From: Eledone cirrhosa
Taxonomy: Eukaryota
DNA length: 64,000 nucleotides
NCBI GenBank assembly: GCA_964016885.1
Contig: OZ024742.1
Span: 222,332,001 to 222,396,000, forward strand
Reading direction: 5' to 3'
The notes under the pieces are model-generated. The model saw nothing but the letters and a program-made list of their open reading frames with translations, was not told where the DNA came from and made no database searches. Every line of letters starts with the position of its first letter. The stretch's first letter is position 1. This document shows positions 1 to 13,270 of the stretch, one piece after another. The position numbers and the translations under genes are program-made.

Positions 1-172
1 GATTCTTCCTCTATAGAAAAAATCGGTTGTGTTCAGACCTGGAGAGGGTTGGGCTACGCCAGGTTTAAAAGTGCCCTAGACACACCGTATGAAGGAGTTA
101 TGGGATCTTTATCCTTCTATCCTTTTTTAAAAATATATATAAGTATATATATCATCATACATATATATGTAT

Positions 173-350
173 GTAAAAGGTAAACAGAAATAACAACACA
201 ATCAGTAAATGGAAGGGATATATTTGGTTAACGCTTGATATAGCAGGAAGAGGGTCTTAACGTTTCGGACGCTAGTCCTTCATCAGAAGAAAGAATGAGA
301 AATAAGATAGATTGAGGGGATGGGCGGGATGGAATTGGAAAAAAATGTCT
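173..350 (-). mobile_element. Non-autonomous hammerhead-bearing repeat (Penelope pLTR-like), family A
   Basis: Starts GTAAAAGGTAAACAGAAATAACAAC beside (TA)n. Homologous copies at ~7302-7480, 22241-22322 and 22991-23170, and the same terminus at 11926. Confidence 0.65.
255..290 (-). ncRNA. Minimal type I hammerhead ribozyme, family A
   Basis: Minus strand reads TCTT-CTGATGA-A-GGAC(TAGC)GTCC-GAAAC-GTT-AAGA. It has the CUGANGA and GAAA core, a 4-bp stem II, a palindromic ACGT stem III and stem I TCTT/AAGA. Confidence 0.8.
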
Positions 351-1414
351 TTATTCATGTTGACATCTCTTGCAAAACTGTTGTTGTTTTGTGTATGATT
401 TATTTTTTAGAAAAGTGGATGATGGAGTGTGTCTACCGGAAATGGAAAAAAAAAACGTTTTGTATAAAGAGCTATACTTGTGCATGTGCGTAAGCATGTG
501 TTTGTGGGTATATATATAAATGTTCCATCATAATTTTATGTAAGAACTTCTAAGTTATATTTCAAAGTTAGTTGTTTCTAATTTCCTTCTTGATTATTTT
601 AAAATCATATTCAGTGCCTTTCATTAGAAATATGGTAATAAAATTTGGCTGCTCATCACTACCATCACACACTATTTCCTTTCTTTTGCAAAAGGTCCTG
701 AACTCAAAATATCAGGAAATATAAGATTTTTCTTCATTTACTCTAGTTTTCACGCCCATGTTTCTAGCATACATTGTACTTATTTTCCTAAAACTATCCT
801 AACCACACTTCTAAACATCTTCTGTCATAATTGTATGTAAAAACTTTTGTTAAATTATGTTCCAAACAACATATTAATAATGAAAAGGTTATTTTACTAA
901 ATCCCTTCAAATTGTGGTTTATTTTCAAACTGATTTGAAAATTATAGGCAATGTCTTTCAATAGAAATATGGTAGCATAGGGTTAATAGTTTTGTGAACT
1001 AGTCACTACAAATCTACTTGACATAAGTGGCAATTGCTTTAAAAAGATAACTTTGGTTGATTCACTGTCCTAATTACTGGAGCTAAATTTATTGTCACTT
1101 GTAGAATTCCCAAGAATTCTATTAATGTTGTCTGTAAAATATAAGTTTCATGATGTTTGGAAAATCGTATGAGGAATGCGTGACAAAAAAATATATTTGA
1201 GAACTACTGATCTAGGATGTGACCTACATTGTTTCACAAGTGTAGGTGTGATTTGGGGCAGATTCATTGTATTTTGTTGTTGGGTAAAGTTGCATAAGGA
1301 TAAATTATATATAATGTATCATGTCTCTGATACCTTATGGATTGAGATCCTAGTTGAAAGGTTTCTGGTACAAGTTGTTGTTCGCCCCCCCCCCCCCCCC
1401 TCTCATTACCCACA

Positions 1415-1670
1415 TATTCCTTGGAAGGTTGTGGGGGGGAAGATTCCTCAAATACTCCTTTCAACAGGTCCTGTCAGAAGCAACCATCTACAACTGATCT
1501 GGCTGGATCCCCAAGCGAGACTAGTTGAGCTCATGAATGTTATCCAACCATCTTGCTCAGGGTCTACCACTGGGTATCCTACCAGTTGGTTTTGCCCATA
1601 AAATCTGTTCAGCGATTCTTTCTTGAGACATTCAAAGCTCATGCCTGTAATATTGGAGCTGTGATCTCTC
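1415..1670 (-). mobile_element. Degenerate RTE LINE 3' coding fragment
   Basis: Minus-strand translation GRIPSGRP*ARWLDNIHEL...MVASDRTC*KEYLRNLPPQPSKE matches the RTE C-terminal GRP..RW.D / A.DR..W pattern. Confidence 0.6.
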
Positions 1671-3076
1671 AATTCTGTTGTGGTTTTAATTTTTATTTAA
1701 TTTTAAATGTGTAAATTGTAGTTTGTGGTGTTTTTTTTTTTGTCTAGTCTAGGTTTGTTGTACTTAGCTACTGTGTAAAGAAAAATTGTATAATATAGTT
1801 TTTTTTACTGTTACAGAATCTCAGTAGCTTTCATATTATTCAAGTAGGTAACTCATGTAAACATTTCTCATTAAATAAATCAGACTTATGTCGTCTGTTT
1901 AGCTCACAATCATATGGTCATGCGCTCGATTTCTGGTGACGCATTGTATCCTTAAGCAAGATACTTTATTTCATGTTGCTCCAGTCTACTCTGCCGGCAA
2001 AAAGTTGTTGTACCTGTAATTCAAAAGGCCATCATCACTCACTGTGTCATGCTGAATCTCCCTGAGAACTATGCTAAGGGAAAACATATCTGTGGAATAC
2101 TCCACCAGTTGCATGTTAATTTGCTGACAAGTCTGTTCTGTTGCTTGAACAGTTGGGGTGTTTGTTGTTGGAACTAATGTAGGAAGGTCATCTAGGTAGC
2201 AAACTGGCAGAGTTGTTAGCTCATTAGATTATATGCTCAGTATATTTCAGTTCACTGCACTCTGAGTTCAAATCTCCTTTTGGGGTTTGATAAATAATAG
2301 TTCAGGGAAGCTGTGAATTAGTGGAATTGTTAAAAAGACAAACCAGCTCTGTGCATTCTGTGTTCAACTCCTGCTTAGGTTAATTTTGTGTGCGATAGAT
2401 AAATAAATTACTAGTCTAGGAAGGGGGGATGGATTAGTAGAATTGTTAAAGTGCCAGGCAGGATGCTTTGCAGTATTTGATGCAGCTATGTATTTTCTGA
2501 GTTCAAAACCTGCCTATTTCTGTCAAGAATTGCAACCAATATTATCAGCAAATGGAAATATAGTTTCCTTAATCCAGTCTGACAATTGATTCCTTTTTAC
2601 TGTGAGAGAATCTCTGTGGTTTTCATATTATTCAAGTAGGCAACTTGCGTAATGATTTTTCATTACATAAATTAGATTTTATGTCACCCAAACTGAATTC
2701 TAAACCTGCTGGCAACAAACACAATAAATTCCATCTATAGCACACAACCATATTCAATCTTTTATATGTAAGAACCTTTGTTAACTGTTTTATTACTATA
2801 TTTCAGATAAAGAACAAAAAAAAAATACTGCTCAAGATTTTCAAATCATTTTGAAAATAATCAGGAATTTGAAGAGATTTAATAATCTAATTAACTTTCT
2901 CATTTTTAAGCTGGTGAATGGAACATAACTCTGCAAAGGTCCCTAGATAAAATTATGAAAGATTTTTAGATAAATATAAACACTTTAAAATAAATAGCTT
3001 AGTATCAGAGAACCGTGCGCAGTTTTGGGCAGTTTGGTACCAAAAGGGTTAAATTAGTTATCTTCCAGATATTAGC

Positions 3077-3300
3077 TTAACCTTTTAGCATTTAAACTGG
3101 CCATATCCAGCTAGAATTCTCTCACCTCTTTCTGTTCAAACCAGCTGTAACTGGTCACTCATACTGACATTAACGTATTGTTCTCAAAATAAATAACATC
3201 AAAATCTCATAAATTTGATATTATGTGAGATAATTATGTGAGGTAAAGCCTTTACCATGATAATATAATAGTATATATAATGTAAATACTAAAGGGTTAA
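3077..3300. mobile_element. piggyBac-type MITE (family 1, ~190-230 bp)
   Basis: TTAA-CCTTTTAGCATTTA...TAAATACTAAAGGG-TTAA: terminal inverted repeats with TTAA duplications. Confidence 0.8.
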
Positions 3301-5256
3301 TAAGGAAAAAGTTAATCATGTTACTAAATCCCTTCAAATTCTTGATTATTATCAAAATTATTTGAAAATCATAGACTGTCTTTTCATAAAAAATATGAAA
3401 GGGTTAATTACAAAGTTTCTTTTCACTATAGTAAATATGAACAGTAGTTGAGTGACAACAAAATTTCCTGTAAGTTGAAATATATACACATCCTTGCTGT
3501 AAGTGGCTGTTGACTTGAGAAGAGAACTTTAGTTGATTTTAATGGTATTTGGTATTCACAGTGCCAATTACTAGAGCTAAATTTATTGTCACATGGTGAA
3601 TTCCTAAGAGTTCATTCAATGTTGCATGACACTGTGTATCTTGCTTAAAGTAGATACACAATATCCTGTATGTTGTAATTCTATTTAACTCTTTTAACCA
3701 TTTTTACACACATTAACTGAAATAGTGACTAGTTCTATGATATAAAACTTTATTTTAAAGTGTTTATATTTATCTAGAAACCTCTCATGAACATTTTGTG
3801 TAGGAATCTTTGTTTCAAACATCAGCTCAATAATGAGTAAGTTATATTACTATTATAAATCCCTTAAGATTCTTCATTTTTTCAAAATGATTTGAAAATC
3901 ATAGGCAGTGTCTTTTGTTAGAAATATAGTAATGAAAAGGTTAAAAAGAAATCTTCCATTATGATTTTAAAATTCCATCATCATTTTATGTAAGAACCTT
4001 TGTTTTAATTATGCTCCTGATCTCTGAGCTACACACTCTATCAAGTAACGTTACTCCAAAGATCTTTCGGAGGTAGTGTCTTTCATTAGAACTATGGCAA
4101 CAAAAGGGTTAAAATGTTTATATTTATCTAAAAACATATCCTAATTTTATGTAATAACCTTTGTTAAGTTATGTTCCAAATAACAGCTTAATAATGAAAG
4201 AGTTGATTCATCATCATCATCATCAACATTTTACCATCTGCTTTCCCTGCTAGAAAGTGGTGCACCAAGTCAGTATTGCGTCTTGCTTATGTACAGTCTC
4301 ACATTCTACCGAGTGCACAGAAGAGGTTGTCATGTCTTTAACACAACTGAGGGTCCTCCGAGCCCTTTGTTTGGCAAGCTTTCTACAGCTGGATTCCCTT
4401 CCTATCACCAACCACTTTACAGCTTGTACTGGGTATGTTTATCATGTAGATCACCAACACTGGGGAGGCTGTCATGTCCTTGACATGACTGAAAGGTCCT
4501 CCCAACCCTTTATTTGGCAAGCCTTCCATGGCTGGATACCCCTCCCATCACCAACTACTTCACAAAGGGGAAGTGACTAGGAATATGTGTTGGGGGGGGG
4601 AGGGGTAGTGATGTTGAGAATAGTTGTTAGTGAGTGGTGGTGGAAGGGCAGGACATGGATAGGTCGACCACATTGTATGCTGCAGGTCAGGTCTTCTTCA
4701 GCACTGCACAGTGCAAGCCATCGTGGTCTTTAGTAAGTTCTGTCGTGAGTTTTAGTTTTTTAAGGTCTTTACAACCTCATCCCATGTTTTACAAACTGCA
4801 TTTCATCTAACATGATTCTTTCTACTTCAATATCTTGATGTTTTTCAATAGAAATATGGTAACAAAAGGGTTAATGATGTTGTGTACTAGCCACTACAGA
4901 CCTACTTGACATAATTAGCTATTGATTTGAAAAGATATTTTGGTAGATTTTAATGGCATTTGGTATTTACAGTGCCAATTACCAGAGTTAAATTTATTCA
5001 CTTGTAGAATTCCTAAGAGTTCTTTCAATGTAGCTTGTGAATATTTTTTATTTTGTAAATCAAATAACTGAATTAAACAGTTATCATTTGGATGAAACTG
5101 GATTTAATTATAATTGGATGAGAGTCAAACTGTTTTGTAATGAACTCTTTTGTTAACATGTTACTATTGAAGACATTGTCTGATTTTCACAAGAATTTAC
5201 TAATATATCTTTCTCATTATTAAGCTGGTGTTTGGAACATAGCTTAAAAAAGGATT

Positions 5257-5442
5257 TTAACCCTTCAGCATTTACATTACTCTATATATTATATTTTCAC
5301 AGTAAAGGCTTTACCTCACATAATTCAAATCTATGAGATTTTGATATTATTTATTTTGAGAACCATACCTTAACATCTGTATGTTACAGCCGGTTTGAAC
5401 AGAAAGAGGTGAGAGAATTCTGGCCGGATGCTAAAGGGTTAA
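5257..5442. mobile_element. piggyBac-type MITE (family 1)
   Basis: TTAA-CCCTTCAGCAT...ATGCTAAAGGG-TTAA; internal homology to the 3077 copy in opposite orientation. Confidence 0.8.
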
Positions 5443-6332
5443 ATTAGATTATGGTGGAAGGTTTTTTAAAATAAATATAGATACTTTCATTACCATATTT
5501 TTAATGGAAAATACTGCCTATGATTTTCAAGTATTTTTAAGTATTTTGTAATCATTATTTACCTAGTGTTTGGAACATAGCTTAACAAAGGTTCTTACAT
5601 AAAATTATGGTGAAAGGTTTTTAGATAACTATAAACACTTTAATCCTTTCATTATCATATGAAATAAATTTGAAAATGTAGAATTTGAAAGGATTTATGA
5701 TATAACTAACTCTTTTTTTTATAAAGCTGTTTTTGGAGCATAGCTTAACAAAGGTTTTTCATAAAAGTATGGTGGAAGATTTTTAGATAAATTTAAAGAA
5801 AGATTTTAAACAAACAGTTTGAAAATGATACCTATGTCTTGCATTAGAAATATGGTAAAGAAAGGTTCAGTATAAGACTTTAACATGAACAAAATTGTAA
5901 GCACTGTTGAATATAAACACATTGCTGGAGTAATTTAAACCTATATTAAGTTTAAAACACTCCGACCTAGATACATTAAATTAGACACGTCCTTACACAA
6001 TAGCTTACCCAAGAGACTTATTTTAATCTCTTTTTTTTTTTAAACTAAACAATCTTGTTTCTACATATCTCTCTGTGTCCTCCACCTTCCCCCTTCTCAT
6101 CTCTTTCCACTCTCTATATATATCTTTCCTTCCTGTCTTTTTCCGATTTCTCCCTCCACACACACTATTATACAACTATTTCTCTCAGTGTGTGTGAGTA
6201 CACACACATATTATAGAAGATACATTACATAAGTATAAACACATATATGTGAGTGGTGTCCACCTTTACCAGATTTTACCCAAGGAAAAATAGGTAAATT
6301 TTGTCTGTTTGTTCTTCACACACACACACACA

Positions 6333-6398
<66 letters not shown>

Positions 6399-7269
6399 CA
6401 CATACATATGCATGTGTGTTTGTGTATATATTTTATAATCTGTTTACAAGTATTGATTATGTTGTGACAGTGTTTTCAGGTGAAGGTTGTCAGTTAATTA
6501 TTTACTGAGTGTGGGAGTGCTGTATTTCAACTTTGTTATTGTTGTTCCCTCATATGAAAATCAGTTGTTAGCAATGTATTTAAATACATAATAGACACAG
6601 GTTTAGCAGTGTGGTTGAGAAGTTAGATTTGCAACCAGATGGTCACAGGTTCCATCCCATTGCGTGACCCTTAAGTCAGTTGGCTTCAACTGTAGCCTCG
6701 GGTTGACCAATGTCAGGTCAGTGAATTTGGCAAACAAAAATTATAAGGAAACCTATTCTATGTAGTTGTGTATGTATGTTTGTATCATCATTATCAGTTT
6801 ATATATGCTTTTTAAGCTGGCATGGGTTAGACAGGTTATCATGGTCTGAGGTTAGTCAAGTCAGGTGACCATGCCCATATGTTCCAAATTTTGGTATGGT
6901 TTCTATGGCTAGATCCCACTTGTACTGAGAACATTTGACCATGGTGCCAGTACAACCACTTTACAGAGTGTACATGGAGCATTTTATTGAGGTACCTGCA
7001 CTACTCCTTTACAACTTGTACTGGGATTATTTTATCATGGCACCATCATATGCATACACACACATATATATATACATGTGTGTGTATGTGTATTATTATT
7101 ATTACTAATGTTACTCAACACAGTTGCTTGCTTTCAAAGCTTACCCCTGCTCAGTAACATCAATAATAATATTTTAGAGCTCTGTATGTAACATAGAGCA
7201 CTCACTCTTTTCCTTTTCTCTATCCTACGGAAACCTTTGACACTAGCAAAAGCAGATGTTAAATGATGA

Positions 7270-7304
<35 letters not shown>

Positions 7305-7388
7305 AAAGGTAAACAGAAATAACAACACAATCAGTACAGTATATGGAAGGAATATATTAAGTTAATGCTTGAAATAGCAGGAAGAGGG

Positions 7389-7424
7389 TCTTAACGTTTC
7401 GGACACTAGTCCTTCATCAGAAGA
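7389..7424 (-). ncRNA. Minimal type I hammerhead ribozyme, family A
   Basis: TCTT-CTGATGA-A-GGAC(TAGT)GTCC-GAAAC-GTT-AAGA; core and stems intact. Confidence 0.8.
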
Positions 7425-8229
7425 AAGAATGAGAAATAAGATAGATTGAAGAGACAGGCGGGTTGGAATTGGAAAAAATGACTTTAGATAAAAATAACAG
7501 GTCCATTCATGTTGACACACTGTAAAGTGGTCGTGATGACAGTGCAAAAAGTGCCCAGCCCACACTATAAAGTGGTCGTGTAGGCATCACAACAAAAAAT
7601 ACCCAGTACTCACTGTAAATGATATTGGTGTTAGGAAGGGCATCCAGCTGTAGAAACCAAGCCAAAATCAGTTCTGTATGAGCAAGACAAGGTCACCTGA
7701 CCTAGCATTACCTACAACAGGATAACTCGTTTAACCCATGCTAGCATGGAAAAATGGACGTAAATTGGTGATGATGATGATGATGATGATAACCAATTTG
7801 TTTTGCGTAATAGAAAGGAGAAACGAAATACTACAACTGATGTCATCAACAGCATCTTCACTAGTTAGCCACTTAACTAGCAGGACTGTCATCACTAATT
7901 ATTTCATTATTACATTCAAACAGGAAGTAATTGTTTAAATCCTTTTAAATGACAAAATAATGGATTTATTACAGATGTTTTGGTCAACCTGTTCTCTCCA
8001 AACAAATTGTTTTTTTCTCTGGAAATTCTGTGAAAAACACAAAACGTAAAGAACCAGTTTATGAAAAGGGGAACAAAACAAAACATGAAGCTAAATAAAT
8101 ATAGAACAAAACAACAAAAACAATGATGTTGTTATTTATTATCCAAGGTAGAACAACCTTTCTAGCACCATTTAGGAATTTTAACCTGTTTGAAAGCACT
8201 CGGGGTTCTAAGATACAAAGCTGTTTCTT

Positions 8230-8445
8230 TTAATCCATTAGCATTTACATTACTCTATATATACTATTATATTTTCATGGTAAAGGTTTTATCTCACATA
8301 ATATTGAATCTGTGAGATTTTTATATTATTTATTTTGAGAAGAAAGTGTTAACATCAATATGAATGGTCAGTTACGGCCGATTTGAACAGAAAGAGGTGA
8401 GAGAATTCTGGTCGGACACAGACGGTTTAAATGCTAAAAGGTTAA
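8230..8445. mobile_element. piggyBac-type MITE (family 1) inserted in an older MITE
   Basis: TTAA at both ends, degenerate TIRs, internal homology to the family. Confidence 0.7.
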
Positions 8446-8682
8446 AGTGTTAATATTAATCTAAAAACCTTCTATCGTGGTTTTATGTTAGAACTTTGTT
8501 ATGTTATATTTCAAACACCAACTTAAAAATGAGAAAGTTGATTACTTTCAATATTAATTGAAAGTTGTAGGCAGTGTCTTTCATTAGAAATATGCTAATG
8601 AAAGGGTGACTATTTATATTTTTATTCACAAAGTACCTTTGTTACGTTATGATCCAAACCTCAGATAAATAATTGTTTTTAT

Positions 8683-8860
8683 TCTTGGCACAAGGTCAGC
8701 ACAGCAATTACTCCAGTGCATTACTGGTGCTTTATTTTATTGACCCTGTAAGGATGAAAGGCAAAGCTAACCGTAGTGGGATTTGAACTCAGAACGTAAA
8801 GGGCTATAACTCTATGTGACAAAGCATGATGTCTGACTCTCTCCCGATATTGCCAATCCA
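8683..8860 (-). mobile_element. tRNA-derived SINE (family S1)
   Basis: Minus-strand box B GAGTTCAAATCC followed by the TTGCCTTTCATCCTTAC..GATAAAATAAAG core shared with the other copies. Confidence 0.7.
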
Positions 8861-10476
8861 ATGAGAAAGCAGATGACACACAGTAATGCATTTGTATGTG
8901 AAAAGAACAACAAAAACAACCAGAAAAATTAAATAAAACCAACAATGTTGTTTACTATCCAAGAAGGAACTTCCCTAGGAATTGAACAACAATCACTTGA
9001 GTTTTATCATTGGTACTTCATGACGAAAATTAGTTTAGGTTTCATAGAAACACTCAAACTTGTTACACAAAATAACTTCCTGCTCTAAATGTTAAATGTT
9101 ATTGGGTGATTGTGAAATATAATATTTATTGTTTGTATAGTATACATAATTGTTTCTACTTTTGGCACAAGGCCAGCAATTACCCAGTATATTACTGGTA
9201 CTTTATTTTATCGACTCCGTAAGGATGAAAGGCAAAGTTAACCTCGGTGGGATTTGAACTGAGATTTGTATAGTATACATAATGCACTCAGTAGTGTGGC
9301 AATGTATGTAAACAATATGTGATGACACAGTCGGAAGCGAACTCCTTAATCATATAGATATGCTAGTATGTAAATTATTTAAACCATCTTAAAAATGGTA
9401 TGGCTGTGTAGTTAGGAAGTTCAATTTGTAACCACATGATTCTGAGTTTCACTGTATGACATCTTCAGCAAGTGCCTTCTACTATAGTTTCGGGTTGACT
9501 CAATGTGTTGTGAATGGAATATAGAATCAAGAAACTGCAAAAGCATGAACACACCAGCCAAATAAATTTCATCCCCCCAGAAAGTGAGATAGAGCAATTG
9601 TCGTGAACACAAAATCCCTCCTGGTAAGGAATGCACCTCCCAACACAACCTACGAATACCCTCTTCCTTGTGAGGCAACTGCTGGAGAAGAACCTAGCTA
9701 CAAGTAAACCCTTCTATTTGGCATTTGTTGACCTGGAGAAAGCTTTTGACAGTGTCATCATTCTGTAATACACCTCCCACATCCTAACAATCCATCCATC
9801 ACCAGTTAAGCACCCTACCTTAGACCTTCTCCAATCCCCACCTTACATACATGTACCTCCCCCAGCACTGTAAAGTGGTCGTTTTGGTACCATGACAAAA
9901 AGTGCCCAGTCCACACTGTTGGTGACACAATGAAAAGCACCCAGTCCACACTATAAATGTGGTTGGCAATAGGAAGGGCATCCAGCAGTAGAAATCAAGC
10001 CAGAAACAGTTCTGTGTGAGCAAGACATGGTTATCCTACCTGACTTGTCTAACCCATGCTAACATGGTAAAATGGACGTTAAGCAGTGATGATAATGATG
10101 TGTGTTTGTGTCTGTGTTTACGTCCCATAACTTAGTGGGTTGACAATAAAGATTGATAAAATATGTACTAGAGGTGAAAAAAAAAGTACTATGGTAGATA
10201 TGATTGACTAAATTTACCTTGAGCCAGCGCCCCAGCATGGCCTCAGTCTATTAATTGAAACCAGTAATAGTGTATGTTTTTGTTACCCAAATATTAGTTG
10301 TAACTCCCACAAACTGAAAACAACTCCCCTAATATAACTGCATATTTCCTATTTTTATGGGAAAAATATATTTAAATAATGGTTTAAACTAGGACAAACA
10401 CAACTGATTTATACTTCTTGCCTCTATTAAGTAAATAGTTCTGCTGTTCTATATATTGTTGTTATTTGCTGTGTTA

Positions 10477-10697
10477 GGGCAGTGTATTGACAGCAGTATT
10501 GGAAGAGCATCAGACAGTATGCTTTGCAGCATAGAGTTATGACCTTTACATTCTCAGTTCAAATCCCACCAAGGTTAGCTTTGCTTTTCAACCTTACGGG
10601 GTTGATAAAATAAAGCACTAGTAATGCACTGGGGTCGATTTAATTGACTTTCCCCTCCCCCAAATTTGCTGGCCATGTGCCTATAATAGAAATCATT
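10477..10697 (+). mobile_element. tRNA-derived SINE (family S1)
   Basis: CAGTTCAAATCCC box B, CTTACGGGGTTGATAAAATAAAGCAC core and the GCTGGCCATGTGCCTA tail. Confidence 0.7.
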
Positions 10698-11082
10698 CTT
10701 TGCTGTGTTTATCTGGTTTACAATATGTACACCATATCTGTTTGTTATAAGAGGCAACTTAAAGAGTTTGTGTCAGGAAGAGCATTCGGGTATAAAATAT
10801 TGCCTCAAAAAGGACTCCATAATGAGCATAAATCTTGTCATTGGGCCCTCACAAAGCTAACGTTGAAAAATGGCCTTAAAACGCTTTTTGCTGCAGCTGT
10901 TGAAGGTTTCAATATAATGTGACCTAGATTACAAAATCAATAATGAAAATTAATTGAACTTTTTTTAATTTTATTTTAAACTGTCTTGACAATCTAAGGT
11001 AAGCATTGTTGACCTAAATATTGGTTGTAACTCACAGACTGAGAACAGTTGTGTCAACATAACTATGTATTTCAATAATGGT

Positions 11083-11298
11083 TTAACCCTGTAGCATTTA
11101 AACCGGCTGTATCTGGCTAGAATTCTCTCACATCTTTCTGTTCAAACTGGCTGTAACTGGCTGCTCATACCAACATTAAGGTATTGTTCTCAAAATAAAT
11201 AATATCAAAATCTCATAGATTCGATATTATGTGAGATAAAACCTTTTCCATGAAAATACAATAGTAAATATAGAGTAATGTAAATGCTAAAGGGTTAA
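11083..11298. mobile_element. piggyBac-type MITE (family 1)
   Basis: TTAA-CCCTGTAGCATTTA...TAAATGCTAAAGGG-TTAA. Confidence 0.8.
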
Positions 11299-11594
11299 TG
11301 TAAGACTCTTCAGTTGTATCAAAGACAACCTTCCAAGTGCTGTGATATGAAGCCCCTGGCACATCTGAGAGGTCAGTAACCCTGACTAATCTCTCCTTTG
11401 TGTAATAATGCCTGGTCCCAACTCACCACTCAATTTTTGTTTAACACACACACATATATATATATATATATAAGTGTACATTTTAAACGATAATGATGAT
11501 TATATATTGTCACCATCATTTAATGTCTGCCTTCCCTGCTAGCTGCAGCAGAGGACAGACACACAGACAATGTTACATATATATATATATCATC

Positions 11595-11900
11595 TGGTGG
11601 CTTCAGCCGAAATCGACTCAACAAGTGGTCCCCACGTGGGTCTATTGTTCATTACCATTGCCAAATCCTGGATTTCAATACCAGAATCTCAGGAGATGAC
11701 ATCGGAATAGGAGAGCTTGCACCCCCTGTTATTAGTGACTGCTTGTGGTTTCCAAAGCATTAATAGAGACATAGCCTCATAGGTGGCACGATGGCAGTGG
11801 CCAGCAAATCTTACTCTCGTTTTACATACAATGACAGATGTCGCCAGCTTATATTCTGAATGTGTCGAAGTAGGCAAGTGTAGGTGCCATCAAGGCGCTT
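11595..11900 (-). mobile_element. RTE-like LINE 3' fragment
   Basis: Translation TRVRFAGHCHRA...LMLWKP...RGCKLSYSDVI matches the RTE-type C-terminal R.RFAGH..R motif. Confidence 0.65.
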
Positions 11901-12129
11901 TAGTAAGATATATGTATGTTTGTATGTAAAAGGTAAACAGAAATAATAGCAATAACAAAACAAATGCCACAGTACATGTAAGAAATATATTAAGTATATT
12001 TAGAAAATTAATATTCAAATAGACAAAAACAGGTTATGGCAAAGCCTTCTATTTTAATTTCAATATATATAGATGTCGGGGAATCAACAGTGGAGACACA
12101 GACAGACAGACTGTGTTTTATTTATGTAT

Positions 12130-12140
12130 GTGTATGTATG

Positions 12141-12237
<97 letters not shown>

Positions 12238-12243
12238 TATATA
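12130..12243. repeat. (TA)n microsatellite
   Basis: Directly visible. Confidence 0.95.
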
Positions 12244-12936
12244 GAAAAGATGAATATATAATGAAAGTGCTTTTTTTAAAAAGGAATTTATTAGGTATTG
12301 ACATATGTTTCTGTAACAGACGGAATACCTATGTATCGCTGCTTGCGTAATCATATAATGTTAGCAAGTAGATAGCAAATGTATAATCAGTTGTCACTTC
12401 AGAGATTTTGGATAAATTGGATAAAATCAGAAAAATTGAAGTATTTATATTAGTAATAGAGGAAGAAGAGAGGGGATAGTATATGACAGATGGTAATTCA
12501 ATCTACTGCTAAACAAGTATATAAAGGGTTTCTAATGAGAATACCATGAGTAAATGGTTCAATTTATCTAGATAAGAATTTTTGGGAGTGCCAATTTTAA
12601 TCTCTACTTGACCAATTGGACAGTGGACAGGGCTGGTCGTTTGGTGTAGTAGTATTAATTATAAAGTGTCAATTGGGGAAGGGGGAGATTTCGATTGCTA
12701 CTGAATAACATCAATGCTAGTAGCCAGCTGGTATGTGCATTAGGGAATTGAATTAAGAAATCAGAAATCTCATTTTATCTATAGCAGTTTATATTAAATG
12801 GTAAATAATAGAAGAGTTGATAGAATTAAGACTAATAGAGAATGTTAATATCTATTTTGACAACCAAACGGAGATAGAGACAGGCGTTCAATCCTGGTGG
12901 TATTTATAATATGAAAATGTAGATTTTAAGCGATGG

Positions 12937-12937
<1 letters not shown>

Positions 12938-12981
<44 letters not shown>

Positions 12982-12984
12982 TAT

Positions 12985-13027
<43 letters not shown>

Positions 13028-13122
13028 CATATATATATATATATATATACATACATATATATATATATATATACATACATATATATATATATATATATAC
13101 ATACATATATATATATATATAT

Positions 13123-13153
<31 letters not shown>

Positions 13154-13268
13154 CATACATATATATATATATATATACATACATATATATATATATATAT
13201 ACATACATATATATATATATATATATACATACATATATATATATATATATACATACATATATATATAT
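12938..13268. repeat. Compound (TA)n/TACATAC microsatellite with ~24-30 bp higher-order periodicity
   Basis: Repeated units of (TA)n+CATAC; source of the YIYIY ORFs. Confidence 0.95.
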
Positions 13269-13270
13269 GT

